Assembly (NCBI RefSeq): GCF_052425735.1
Contig: NC_135767.1
Span: 14,570,001 to 14,634,000, forward strand
Length of the DNA: 64,000 bases
Reading direction: 5' to 3'
Origin: Oculina patagonica
Lineage: Eukaryota
Part shown: positions 1 to 10,403 of the stretch, one piece after another
Numbering within the stretch: position 1 is the first letter of the stretch
Layout of the letters: each line of letters starts with the position of its first letter
Notes under the pieces: generated by a model
What the model was told of the DNA's origin: nothing
Databases searched by the model: none
Seen by the model: only the letters and a program-made list of their open reading frames with translations
Program-made: the position numbers and the translations under genes

Positions 1-2022
1 ACTGTTTTTATTTCTCAAGGGATTACTTTCCGCTGTGGGTGATCACTTGCGATCTCGTGAAAAAAACGTGACTTGTCACATTTACAAACGTTATATAACA
101 ATTTTAAAAGTTACATGTCAGCTTTCTTATCTCAACGCACGTGTGTCTGAAAGGCGATCTATAAAAAGCGTCGCACAAACAATGGATTGCGTAACTAAAA
201 CACGAATAAATAATCATTAGCACTTACATCGTTTAAAAATTACAAACGTCAAAAATAAACCATACCAAAAAAACTCGCTCGTTTTATTGAAGTTAAAACA
301 AATGCAAGAGATGGGGGCCTTTTTTAGCTTAGGAGCGGTTAAAAATTAGGCCAAATTTGGTCGCTACATGTAAGCGCAACCCTATTTCGTCATCAGCCTA
401 GGTCGTTAGGGACGTGGTGACCTCGCGTTGACAGGGAATGACAGCAATGTTGCATGAATCGGCTTTACAACATGCGATCGTATCTACGCAGTTCGAGTGG
501 AATTTCAGTCAAAGACAGCAAAATTCTTTCGTATTTCATCTTCAAATATAATTCGAAAGCATTCACTGTATATATGGCTTTTGTTTAATCCTGGGTCTTG
601 ATATCCGACCCTCGCAGAGCCTAGACAAAACGCAGCTTGAGTGTAACGATTTGTTTACGCCCCAATTATATGCGCAATGTTTTCTCCGACAGTAGTCGGA
701 AATATCCGTATTTTTTTTCGTGCTTTTTCGTGGAGCAATCGTAACGATACGGCCTTCAACACATTGAACAGCGGTCTACCCGGCTATAACAATTCAAATA
801 TGGCGTCGCAAAAACAAAGCGTCGAACGCATATTTTGCTGTTTCATTTGCTAATTTCGCTGCCGTAATCGACTGCCTCGAAAGGTCCTTGCAATTTTAAA
901 GTATAGAATTGTCAGATCTCGGTGAAATTTGCACTGTTTATTTGTGTAATGTTAAGGAATATGTGTATAAATACCCGTCGCGGACAAGCCATTTTTGACA
1001 AAATTATATGGCTGCATTTCCTCCGCGAAGATAGGAAATTGTTAAACTAAACTACAAAGAAACTGTAATGATAAGTTCGAAGAACAATGCACAGGATAAA
1101 CCTTCGACTCATACTTCATGCAAAAACGTCGATATCTCGAAGAGACTTTGATATGGTATTGGCTTTCGAGAGCCTGTCTACAGTCCTATAAAAGGAAGAA
1201 GAGTGTAACTTTTATATCGAGTCAGAAATGGCCACACATATGTGACACTTATCCGCCGTGTGTGACAACTAGCGTGACTTTAAAATAAAAGCGTTAGCAT
1301 CCGCGCGTAGAAAATTTTTAAGCCGGATTCGCTTATACTCATCTAGTCGTGGCGTAAACAACACAAAACAAGCAAATAAACAAAAAAAAAAGAAAAAAAT
1401 AAAGAGAAAAGAGAGAGAAAATTGTATCTTGAGGCAAACCTTAATCAGACAAGACGTTTATCGCAAAGATCAGTAGATATAATTGTTTACTTCCGTACTT
1501 TTTACTATTGTGTCTAATGCGAAGCATCTACACCCTATGCTGAAAGGGAAACAAATCGGATAAATACTTAATGTAACCTTTAAAGTTGCCTACGGGAGTA
1601 TTTTTAACAGTGTAGCTGAACAAAACTAGAACGTTCATATAGTAAAAATAAAACCTAGAATTACCTAGACTGTTAAAAGTCATATGTTTGACCAGAGCAA
1701 GTTTTGCACGCCGGGACACACACTTTTCGCGATCCGCGTCTTGCCATAAGTAATTAAAGAGAAACATAAAACGACTGTTGGCAAGATTTTCCTGTTCATC
1801 TGCGCTAAAAATGACAAAAAATATCAATTTGCGGATTTTGTCGTCTACGTGCGAGGGAAAATAGATCTCGAAAAGTACATCGCCTTACGTGCAAATAAAC
1901 TCGCCCATTTTAATTTTAAGTGGAAAGATTTCTTTTAAATAATTATCACATCATCGGTAGCATGTCACTCTCTTTGTTGTTGTTGTTTTTTGTTTTTGTT
2001 TTGTTTTGTGTAGTATTTTAAT

Positions 2023-2167
2023 NNNNNNNNNNNNNNNNNNNNNNNNNNNNNNNNNNNNNNNNNNNNNNNNNNNNNNNNNNNNNNNNNNNNNNNNNNNNNN
2101 NNNNNNNNNNNNNNNNNNNNNNNNNNNNNNNNNNNNNNNNNNNNNNNNNNNNNNNNNNNNNNNNNNN
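2023..2167. other. Assembly gap (run of N)
   Basis: Run of n bases. Confidence 0.99.
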
Positions 2168-2576
2168 TGTTTTGTATTGTAAGCTATTAGGGATGAAGTG
2201 TCAGTAATCAAAGATGTAAAAAAATAAAGGAACCGTTGTACTAATAAGCTATGTATTTCAAGTTAGTTAGTAATTATTTAAAATGTGTCTCGTTGTATTA
2301 ATGTAATTAGCGTAATGTATTGTACTCTAGCGTTGTATTGTAAGTAAGAATTATATTTTAGAAGTAGTCATAATTAGTTATCCTTATAATTAACAATTAT
2401 TTATTTTTCCTTCTGAAAGTGTACATGTAAAAATTACGTCTCTTGTAAATAGCCCGTTGTAAATATGTATTTATCTTTAATCTGTAGTACTTATATAATT
2501 AGTGTTGTGTGTAAATAAAGTTGCATTATTTAAAAAATAAATAAATAAAAATAAAACGACTGTTTACGAAATGTTC

Positions 2577-3007
2577 TATCTTATTCTTACTAACTTTTGC
2601 GCGTACTTAATTTCGGAAGCTGACTTTCGCGGGTATGAATTTTCGCGATTGCAAGAAAAATTAGAGCAAAAGTGTATTAAATATCACGCTTTTACGAGTG
2701 TTTTATGGATTAGTTGTCATGGTCAAAGACTAAGGAACTACTGAAGCTATACGAAGGTCTGGCACCATGTATCTACCGGAAGCCACCAAGCCGAGTTTAG
2801 CCGAGTTTTAAGCAGAGGAAGGGTGCTAGTCAAAAACAAGACACCTTTTGAACAGTAGAAAATTGCAGTTCCAAACTTAAAACTTTTACTGATATGAAAT
2901 CAATATGGTATTAATTTTCGCGTGTTAAAACTACGCGCAATGTTTTTTTTCGCGTGCATTAAATTTAGCGATTATTTTGAAATCGCGAAAATTAGTAAGA
3001 AAAGGTA
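2577..3007. mobile_element. MITE (non-autonomous DNA transposon) with ~24-bp imperfect TIRs
   Basis: Left TATCTTATTCTTACTAACTTTTGCG vs reverse complement of right end TACCTTTTCTTACTAATTTTCGCG; internal TTTTCGCG/CGCGAAAA subrepeats. Confidence 0.6.
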
Positions 3008-4562
3008 GATACATTTCTTTGTAATCCCCGAAGTGTCTTAATGAAGCTTTAAAAGACAGATGATAGTGTTAAAAGGTAAACCGAGAACTCCAATAAAAAC
3101 TTCCTTAACGAGGAAGCGGGAGATTGGTTTAGAAAATCAATTTAAAGATGACAAAATGAGTACGTATGTTAAAACATCAAATAAAACTTTTTGATGAAGT
3201 CACTGATGTTTACAGCTGTATGTTAATGATCAAATATATAATTCAAACTTTTAAAAGGAAATTTTGCAGTCATTGCTTGTGATATTAAAGATTTGCCTCT
3301 GTTTTCAACACTGTGCATTAATTCGTGATACTATTGATATGGTTAAACATAAACTCGGACAAGAAATACGAAAACCAGTTATTTGAACTTAATGTGAAGC
3401 GTAAAAGTCAAACAGGCCAATTGATGGTTGCGCTTGCGTCCTCGCTGCAATTGGTTGGAAGCTAAGAAAAACCCATGAAAATTGTCAAACGAAGCATGTC
3501 ACAACGTCAATCAAGATCTTTAATTCGTAACTGATGTTTTCAGCTTGTTGACATTTAAGTTTAAAACAAAACGAACCTAGACGTCATTACGCATCCCGAT
3601 ATGTTGTTCGTTGTAGAAATAATATTTATCAGGTCTTTTTTAAAAAAAAAAAAAAAAAACGAATAGACGATTGTCTCTGTTATAACAATGTGATTTTCTT
3701 ATATTACTAAACAAGAACTTAGACAAGAAATGCGAGGACAACTAATTCCCTGAATTGAATGGCAATCATGATAGTCAAAGAGGCCGGTTTGAGTTTGCGT
3801 CATGCATCACCCTTTAATTGGCCAAGAGGCTTAGAAAAGCAATATAATCAAAGGTGCTTTGTTAGCCCACTCGTGAATGAGAATACTAAATGTATTGGTG
3901 TAGAGCTATGAAATGATTCTGTCTTTTTGTGAGCGGCATGTTAGTATAGAAGTTGTTTGAAGGGAGATATGATCACGTTGGTTCCTTGTGTTTACAGCGG
4001 ACGCGGGTAATCCATTCCTTTTTTTTTAGGACAATCTATTTTACAATTTTATACGACGTCTTTTTTTTTCTTCTCCTTTTTTATGAATCTATTAGGGATG
4101 CAAATCAAGTACTATACAGTATATTATTAAAAGGCAACAAAATTTGTCAGTTTGGCGAGCTTTTTGACGATAAATTATTTACGTATCATGACTATCGATT
4201 ATCGTACAATACGCTTGGAACTATAAAACATTCAGAGACTGCTAAAATTGGACTTTATTCATACAATTGTCCTGAAATCAACCTTTTAATACCCAACACA
4301 GTCGCAGTCCACAGTTCGTGCCTGCAAAATCTAAAAATTTCATGAAAACACGGAATATCACTAGTGCTTCGAAGATTTTCATATTTTCGCTAAGATTATT
4401 TCCTCTATTTGTCATGTGAAATTCTTAAGAGCTATAAATCGAGCCATTCGAATAGGTTTTATACATACAAGCCATTAAACTTTGAACCAACGGTATCGGT
4501 CAGTCGGATAAGAACATTACAAAGAAATCTATATGCTAATTTTCGGCGCAAATGACACGGAA

Positions 4563-4645
4563 GTCGAAGTGGTCTAGCGGTTAAGCGTTTGATCTTCAAA
4601 TCCACAGTTGATGTTAAGAGTCGCCGGTTCAAACCTCAGAGGGGT
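4563..4645 (+). pseudogene. tRNA-derived sequence, copy 1 (Pol III A and B boxes)
   Basis: A box TGGTCTAGCGG 4570-4580, B box GGTTCAAACC 4626-4635; acceptor and anticodon stems do not pair. Confidence 0.6.
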
Positions 4646-5196
4646 GAAGTTTTTTTTTTACGACAATCTTTTTTACAATTTTATACGACGTCTTTTTTTT
4701 TCTTTCTCCTTTTTTATGAATCTATTAGAGATGCAAATCAAGTACTATACAGTATATTATTAAAAGGCAACAAAATTCGTCAGTTTGGCGAGCTTTTTGA
4801 CGATAAATTATTTACGTATCATGACTATTGATTATCGTACAATACGCTTGGAACTATAAAACATTCAGAGACTGCTAAAATTGGACTTTATTCATACAAT
4901 TGTCCTGAAATCAACCTTTTAATACCCAACGCAGTCGCAGTCCACAGTTCGTGCCTGCAAAATCTAAAAATTTCATGAAAACACGGAATATCACTAGTGC
5001 TTCGAAGATTTTCATATTTTCTCTAAGATTATTTCTTCTATTTGTCATGTGAAATTCTTTAAGAGCTATAAATCGAGCCATTCGAATAGGTTTTATACAT
5101 ACAAGCCATAAAACTTTGAACCTACGGTATCGGTCAGTCGGATAAGAACATTACAAAGAAATCTATATGCTAATTTTCGGCGCAAATGACACGGAA

Positions 5197-5282
5197 GTCG
5201 AAGTGGTCTAGCGGTTAAGCGTTTGGTCTTCAAAACCAGGTAGTTGATGTTAGGAGTCGCCGGTTCAAACCTCAGAGGGGTG
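5197..5282 (+). pseudogene. tRNA-derived sequence, copy 2, with TTGGT-CTTCAAA-ACCAG anticodon-like arm
   Basis: A box 5204-5214, B box 5262-5271, 5-bp anticodon stem with a 7-nt loop; acceptor stem not formed. Confidence 0.6.
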
Positions 5283-5659
5283 AAACAAAAAGTTAATTTA
5301 TAATTTAAAGCATAAATTATTATTCATAAATTAAAGTTAACAGCCCATAATTTAATGGATAATTATTATTCATAAATTAAAGTTAACAGCCCATCGACCG
5401 ACCGACTGACCGAGTGAAAATTTGCATATCACTTTCCATAACCATACTCGTTTCATTACATTCACGAGTAAAAATGATCATACGGTCATCAAACTATGAC
5501 ATATGACATGTCATGAAGGCATGAACACTATTTTATTCATCGCCAGCCAAACGAAAAATCATTACCTATATCTCTTGAAGGTCTTAATATGGTTCAAATC
5601 GACCTCCAAATCGAGATGAATGGATGCGAAGAAGTCAATCAAGCGCCGATTGGTAATTA

Positions 5660-5983
5660 CGTCATCACTCCTTGATTGGCTGGAAGCTCGAGTAACCCAT
5701 TAAATGTCAAACCTGGCATGACGAAACATCGCTCAAAATCTTTATGGATTGACCGATGTTCTCATCCAGCTTTCATGAGTGTCAATTTAAAACAAGAAGA
5801 AATATGTGCGATAAAATAGACCGTTTTAAATGGGTCTTTGATCGCAGATTTTTTATAAAGTTAAAACTAGAACACTTTCTGTTATTGCTGATATGAAGGA
5901 TTTACGGCAACAAGTTATCTGACTTGGAGGCCTGCATATATAATGAATGCTGCACACTGTTTGCGTCATCACTGTTTGATTGG
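5660..5983 (+). promoter_or_regulatory. Two copies of a CRE half-site + CCAAT-box composite (CGTCA-N10-ATTGG) upstream of GPCR 1; recurs upstream of the other GPCRs
   Basis: CGTCATCACTCCTTGATTGG 5660-5679 and CGTCATCACTGTTTGATTGG 5964-5983; same spacing at 11292, 11560, 19132, 27075, 40867, 44894. Confidence 0.55.
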
Positions 5984-6320
5984 TTAGAAGAAAAGAAAAA
6001 CACTAAATAAGTCATACTCGTCGTGAAAACGTCAAATAAAAGTCATTATGAGGTGACTATTGTTTCTAGCTGTAGAAGATATTGCACCATTTTATTAGAG
6101 CTAATAACAACAAAAGTCTTGCTGATCAATGCGGATGTGGAAGATTGCCTTAGCTTTAAAAACGAATTCGAACAATGAGCGAATTTCTCTGCAAGACTAA
6201 CAGATGGCATCGACCGACATCACTTATTTACATAACAGTAGGAGCTTGTGCGTAGTTAGATGTCATTTGAATAAGTTAAGTTCCTAATAAAAATGGAACG
6301 ATGCATTATAATGAGTTGAG

Positions 6321-6338
6321 ACCAGATGGTTTATAAAA
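6321..6338 (+). promoter_or_regulatory. E-box (CAGATGG) abutting a TATA-like box ~110 bp upstream of the GPCR ATG
   Basis: ACCAGATGGTTTATAAAA; homologous at ~19502, ~27685, ~31747, ~41111, ~45174. Confidence 0.45.
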
Positions 6339-6443
6339 CAGCCTTTATATAAACAAGATAAAACAACGCGTTTTCGGTCTTTTGAAGTACTTGCTTCTAA
6401 CCATCATCGAGATATCTTGAACTCTCCACAGTGCTGCTGGAAT

Positions 6444-7265
6444 ATGGAAACCTGGTTCTGGATTCTCGGCTGGTTTCTTTCTATCCTAACGGTAGCTGGA
6501 AATGGATTTGTTATCTTTATTGCTTGCAGAAAACGGCAGCTTCGAACCAAAACCAACGCGTTCGTCGTTTCATTAGCAGTCGCTGATTTCTGTATGGGGA
6601 TGAGCTCAGTTCCTTCACAGTTCTTCTGCGAGATGGCGACTGGGTGCAACTCGCAAGGACTTCTAGCTGACGGTATTGACTATATAAGGTGGCTCTTCGC
6701 GTACGCATCCGTGGGAAATTTGTGCAGCTTAGTACTGGATCGCTACATGGCCGTTGTGAAACCATTACAATACTTGACTTTTATGAAGCGCCGCCGTGTC
6801 ATTGAAATGATCTCTTTATCTTGGGCAATCCCAGCTACTTTCGTTGTGCTCGTGTCATCACTCTGGTTTAGTTTGAAAAAGCCTATTATTAATACTATTT
6901 CTGGTTGGGTGTGTATGTTTTTCGAGTTACTATCGTTTGTTGTCATAATCTTTTGCTTTGCATCTATGTTATTAGTTGTTTGCAAGCACGATCGAGCTAC
7001 CCGCACCCTAGCAAAACAGCTACGCTTTAACCATCACGTTTTGTTCAAAGTTCAGGATAAGTCTGCAGTTAAAATGATGGCAGTTGTTATTGCTTTATTT
7101 CTTGTGAGTTACGGAATTGCTTTGCGTTGTAGTTTTGTTTATATCCTCAGTGACAACACACCATGTAATGATAACCAATTTAAAGTGCCTCTTCTGGTTT
7201 TAAACTCCGCTGTAAACCCTTTAGCTTACGCTGTCTTTAAGAGAGACATTAAGAAGGAGTCTTAA
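6444..7265 (+). CDS. Class A (rhodopsin-like) orphan GPCR, subfamily A; helix-8 nonsense codon removes the last 13 codons
   Basis: GN (TM1), SLAVADF, DRY, NSAVNPLAY; METW start shared with paralogs; frame continues past TAA as RLIYSVVFKNCN to 7304. Confidence 0.9.
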   Translation: METWFWILGWFLSILTVAGNGFVIFIACRKRQLRTKTNAFVVSLAVADFCMGMSSVPSQFFCEMATGCNSQGLLADGIDYIRWLFAYASVGNLCSLVLDRYMAVVKPLQYLTFMKRRRVIEMISLSWAIPATFVVLVSSLWFSLKKPIINTISGWVCMFFELLSFVVIIFCFASMLLVVCKHDRATRTLAKQLRFNHHVLFKVQDKSAVKMMAVVIALFLVSYGIALRCSFVYILSDNTPCNDNQFKVPLLVLNSAVNPLAYAVFKRDIKKES

Positions 7266-7505
7266 AGACTGATCTATTCTGTGGTCTTTAAAAATTGTAA
7301 TTAACTTGAACAATCTTAAATTATTCTAGTAGAATTGTATGTCTCATTACTAATCATGTGGAACACCAAATGTAAAAAAAGAAAACATTTACGTAAACTA
7401 TATCGAACATTAATATCGTAAAAAATGTTGTGGTTATTCATCGTGGTAGAGTGCAATAATAAATTATTTTTCGTTTGTCTCACGACGTAGTCACGTGTGA
7501 TGGAG

Positions 7506-7549
7506 ATCGCGTCGTTTCGACTGCACACTGCTAGTCTTCATCAGGCGAT
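7506..7549 (-). ncRNA. Minimal type I hammerhead ribozyme motif of the Penelope terminal repeat (cleavage triplet reads GAC)
   Basis: Minus strand ATCGC-CTGATGA-AGACT-loop-AGTC-GAAAC-GAC-GCGAT; stem I ATCGC/GCGAT, stem II GACT/AGTC. Confidence 0.75.
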
Positions 7550-8677
7550 AAGGTCGACTGGTTGTGTGTGAACTTATAAAGCACGCTGCTGCGCTGTGAT
7601 TGGTTGGTTTTCAACAGCTTTGATTGGTGCATTTCGATCCTCGCTGTTTCTGTGTCCTGTTGTTCCCTCAGCGGTCCGCTGTCGTACAATTCTCCTGTTG
7701 TTGTGTTTTTTGATCGTGGGCATCCATGCTTCAGGAATTTCAATTCCATTATCCCTGTTGATATTATTAGGGTGAAGTCTTATGTGAATTGTGTCTTTGA
7801 CCCTGCGTTTGTACCAGTTTGGGTCACGATCAATAAACTTTACCTCGCTCCAAAGCGGGTAGTGTCCGGTGTTGTTGGTGTGTGCTGCAACGGCGGAGGT
7901 CTGGGTACGGGCGAGTCGGATGTCCCGGTCGTGTTCTTTGATCCTGTCTTGCATAGGTCTTCCCGTCTCACCGATGTAAACTTTGCCACATTCACAGGGA
8001 ATCCTGTAAACAACGCCATCTTGCTTAGTGGAATCAACAGCGTCTTTCGGCCGTACTAGGTGTGATCGTAGTGTGGTTTCCGACTTGAAAACAGCCCGCA
8101 CGCCTTGTTGTTGTAGGCAGCGGCGAAGTTGTTCGGAAAGACCTTTGACGTAGGGCAAAACCGCAGTGGATTTAAACTCGGTCGCGGGTTCAGCATTGGT
8201 TCTCGGTTTTCTGGTCTTGGTGATCTTCTGCAAGAAAGAACAAGGATAACCATCGGTGAGACGGGAAGACCTATGCAAGACAGAATCAAAGAACACGACC
8301 GGGACATCCGACTCGCCCGTACCCAGACCTCCGCCGTTGCAGAACACACCAATAACACCGGACACTACCCCCTTTGGAACGAGGTAAAGTTTATTGATCG
8401 TGACCCAAAATGGTACAAACGCAGGGTCAAAGAGGCAATTCACATAAGACTTCACCCTAATAATATCAACAGGGATAATGGAGTTGAAATTCCTGAAGCA
8501 TGGATGCCCACGATCAAAAAACACAACAACAGGAGAACTGTACGACAGCGGACCGCTGAGGGAACAACAGGACACAGAAACAGCGAGGATCGAAATGCAC
8601 CAATCACAGCTGTTGAAAACCAACCAATCACAGCGCAGCAGCGTGCTTTATAAGTTCACACACAACCAGTCGACCTT

Positions 8678-8705
8678 ATCGCCTGATAAGGCGAAACGTC
8701 GCGAT
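8678..8705 (+). ncRNA. Degenerate hammerhead motif (stem II deleted, GTC triplet retained)
   Basis: ATCGC-CTGATAAG-GC-GAAAC-GTC-GCGAT. Confidence 0.6.
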
Positions 8706-9278
8706 CTCCATCACACGTGACTACGTCGTGAGACAAACGGAAAATAATTTATTATTATATCGACCCTTATAGTTTATATCTGAGTCACTGTATTTTTTTG
8801 CGCCATGCGACGCTCAAGTCGCTAATTAAAACATAACAAGCAAGAAGTTTAATATTCGAAAAAGAAATTTTATTTTGATTCGATTAATCATGGCTTGCTT
8901 AACCAATTAGGCAAGTAAGAATCTGACAGTTTCCTACTTTGCATGGGAATAAAGTGATCAACAACAGATGCCACCGTCTTTCTTCACTATTTCCTTTTTT
9001 AACCCTCTCAAAGTACTTAAACACCGTATTCCTGTGTTAGTATTGTGTTAGAAGTTATAAAAGAGTGGCTACCTGTTTTCCATATTATATCACGAAATTT
9101 GCAAATCACATGCATGAGTCGAGTCGCAAGTTGGATATGAGAATGTTCATACGAACAAAGCTCGTTCATCTGTCCACAACAATTGTATTTATGCCCAAGC
9201 TGATAACATGAACAGATAAAAAAGATAAGAAACTTTATTAACGTCTCAGTACCACATAGCTTGGGAAAATAAAATGCT

Positions 9279-9358
9279 AATAGGCCATTTCCGAGTTACT
9301 CTTTTCCTCTGTTTCAAAACGAGTCTACGTGCGAAACCATTCATATGAAAATGAGTTT
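9279..9358. mobile_element. Truncated end of a short interspersed repeat/MITE
   Basis: AATAGGCCATTTCCGAGTT...CATATGAAAATGAGTT abruptly joins the host 3' flank to the Crypton-like relic; resembles a common anthozoan repeat end (recalled, not searched). Confidence 0.4.
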
Positions 9359-9761
9359 CGTTGGGTTTGTTCCCTTTGCCTTCTTTTTTCAGTTGTTTGC
9401 TGCGAGCTTCCAGACATTTTCTAGCTTGATCAAACACAGTGTCTTCGATAATACTCGCTGAGTATTTGCTTTCTCTTAAATACCGGTTAAAACTTGAGAA
9501 CAACCCTCAAAGGCTCGATGGTTCATAGTCTTGGCCATCTTTTCTTTTCACACTAAGAATGAATTCACTAAGGTAACGGCTGAGCTCTTCTGGTTGGATT
9601 TTTTCAATTTCTCTTTGTTCGTTTTTCTACAGCAGAAATGTAGAAAGCAGCTTCACATCCCGCTGCGTTTTTGCTCGAGTGTTTTTGTTTTCCTGCTCAG
9701 TAATATATTCTTCGATGGGTTTACTTAATGGTTTAAACCTTCTGCCAGAACATTCAGCCAT
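9359..9761 (-). pseudogene. Crypton-type / DUF3504 (ZMYM-QRICH1-KCTD1-like) tyrosine-recombinase element, N-terminal relic
   Basis: One frame with two stops: MAECSGRRFKPL...ENKNTRAKTQRDVKLLSTFLL*KNEQREIEKIQPEELSRYLSEFILSVKRKDGQDYEPSSL*GLFSSFNRYL...LEARSKQLKKEGKGNKPN. Confidence 0.75.
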
Positions 9762-10040
9762 AGTCGTTAATGAGAACGTTTTAAACCGTCCACAAAAGTG
9801 CGAAAGGCCAAAAACTCTGCAAGAGATAACTTTCAAGCAGTGAAAAAGCTAGCGCCATCGACAAAGCTACCACGTTCATTGAAAATGTTGATGCGTTTTG
9901 ACAGCCGCTTTCTGATTGGACGAAACGGGTTTCTCACGTGTGAGGAAGTCGTTTCGCCGTTGTCATTGGCTGCGAGAATTTCCGAACCGTGTTTTTAACA
10001 GATCAATTCTAACTGTAAATCTCAGTATGTATGAAATAAT

Positions 10041-10403
10041 ATAATCTTCTGCTTTGCTGCAATGTTACGTGTTGTTTGCAAGCACGATCGATCTGCCCGC
10101 ACATTAGCCAAACAGTTACGTTTTAACCACCGAGTTTTCTTTAAACCTCAGGAAAAGTCTGCAGTAAAAATGATGGCAGTTGTTGTATGCTTTTTTCTTG
10201 TGTGTTACGGACTTTTACTCCGTTGTACTTTTGCGAATATGTTCGGTGATCAAAAATCATGTTTTAACTATATCCAATACGAAGTGCCCGTTTTGGTTTT
10301 AAACTCCGCCGTTAACCCTTTAGCTTACGCCGTCTTCAAAAGAGATATTAAAAAGGAGTTTAAAAGGCTGATCTATTCTGTGATCGCAACAGAGTGTAAG
10401 TAA
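10041..10403 (+). pseudogene. GPCR 3' half only (late TM5 to C-terminus), subfamily B
   Basis: IIFCFAAMLRVVCKHDRSARTLAKQLRFNH...NSAVNPLAY; upstream sequence is non-homologous. Confidence 0.9.

Larger units (their letters stand above)
4020..5283 (+). repeat. Tandem duplication, two copies of a ~632-bp unit
   Basis: 4031-4646 nearly identical to 4663-5283; ORFs 3953 and 4589 share FFFLLFYESIRDANQVLYSILLKGNKI. Confidence 0.95.
3832..5475 (-). mobile_element. Non-autonomous Helentron-associated (DINE/HINE-like) element with central tandem repeats
   Basis: 11-bp subterminal inverted repeats ACTCGTGAATG (3869-3879) / CATTCACGAGT (5459-5469); 5' short IR TACTCG..CGAGTA (5445-5470); (GACC)n-like microsatellite 5396-5412; 3' stem-loop AAAGCA..TGCTTT (3836-3860); absent from the paralogous upstream module near 18560-18660. 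Confidence 0.65.
7413..8755 (-). mobile_element. 5'-truncated Penelope-like retroelement with an inverted 3' duplicate (GIY-YIG endonuclease domain)
   Basis: Minus ORF has GYP...VLPY...GVVYRIPCECGKVYIGETGR...RIKEH...NRDNG; inverted arms 7455-7976 and 8251-8756; TSD-like TATATCGAACATTA (7399-7412) / TATATCGACCCTTA (8756-8769); empty site in the paralog near 49809. Confidence 0.92.

Noticed and set aside
1-2022. Possible non-autonomous transposon or gene at the window start
   Set aside because: Repeat-like, but no termini, TSD or credible ORF can be defined; it is cut by the window edge and the gap.
3953-4831. ORFs of 130 and 80 aa
   Set aside because: Low-complexity translations of the tandem repeat with non-ATG starts; the frame is not conserved between copies.
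4563-5282. Functional tRNA genes
   Set aside because: Acceptor and T stems do not pair, and both copies lie inside a repeat unit.
7604-8653. ORFs 7604-8059, 8129-8653 and the N-terminal part of 7574-8623 as independent genes
   Set aside because: They are mirror products of the Penelope inverted duplication; only the GIY-YIG-containing parts are real coding relics.
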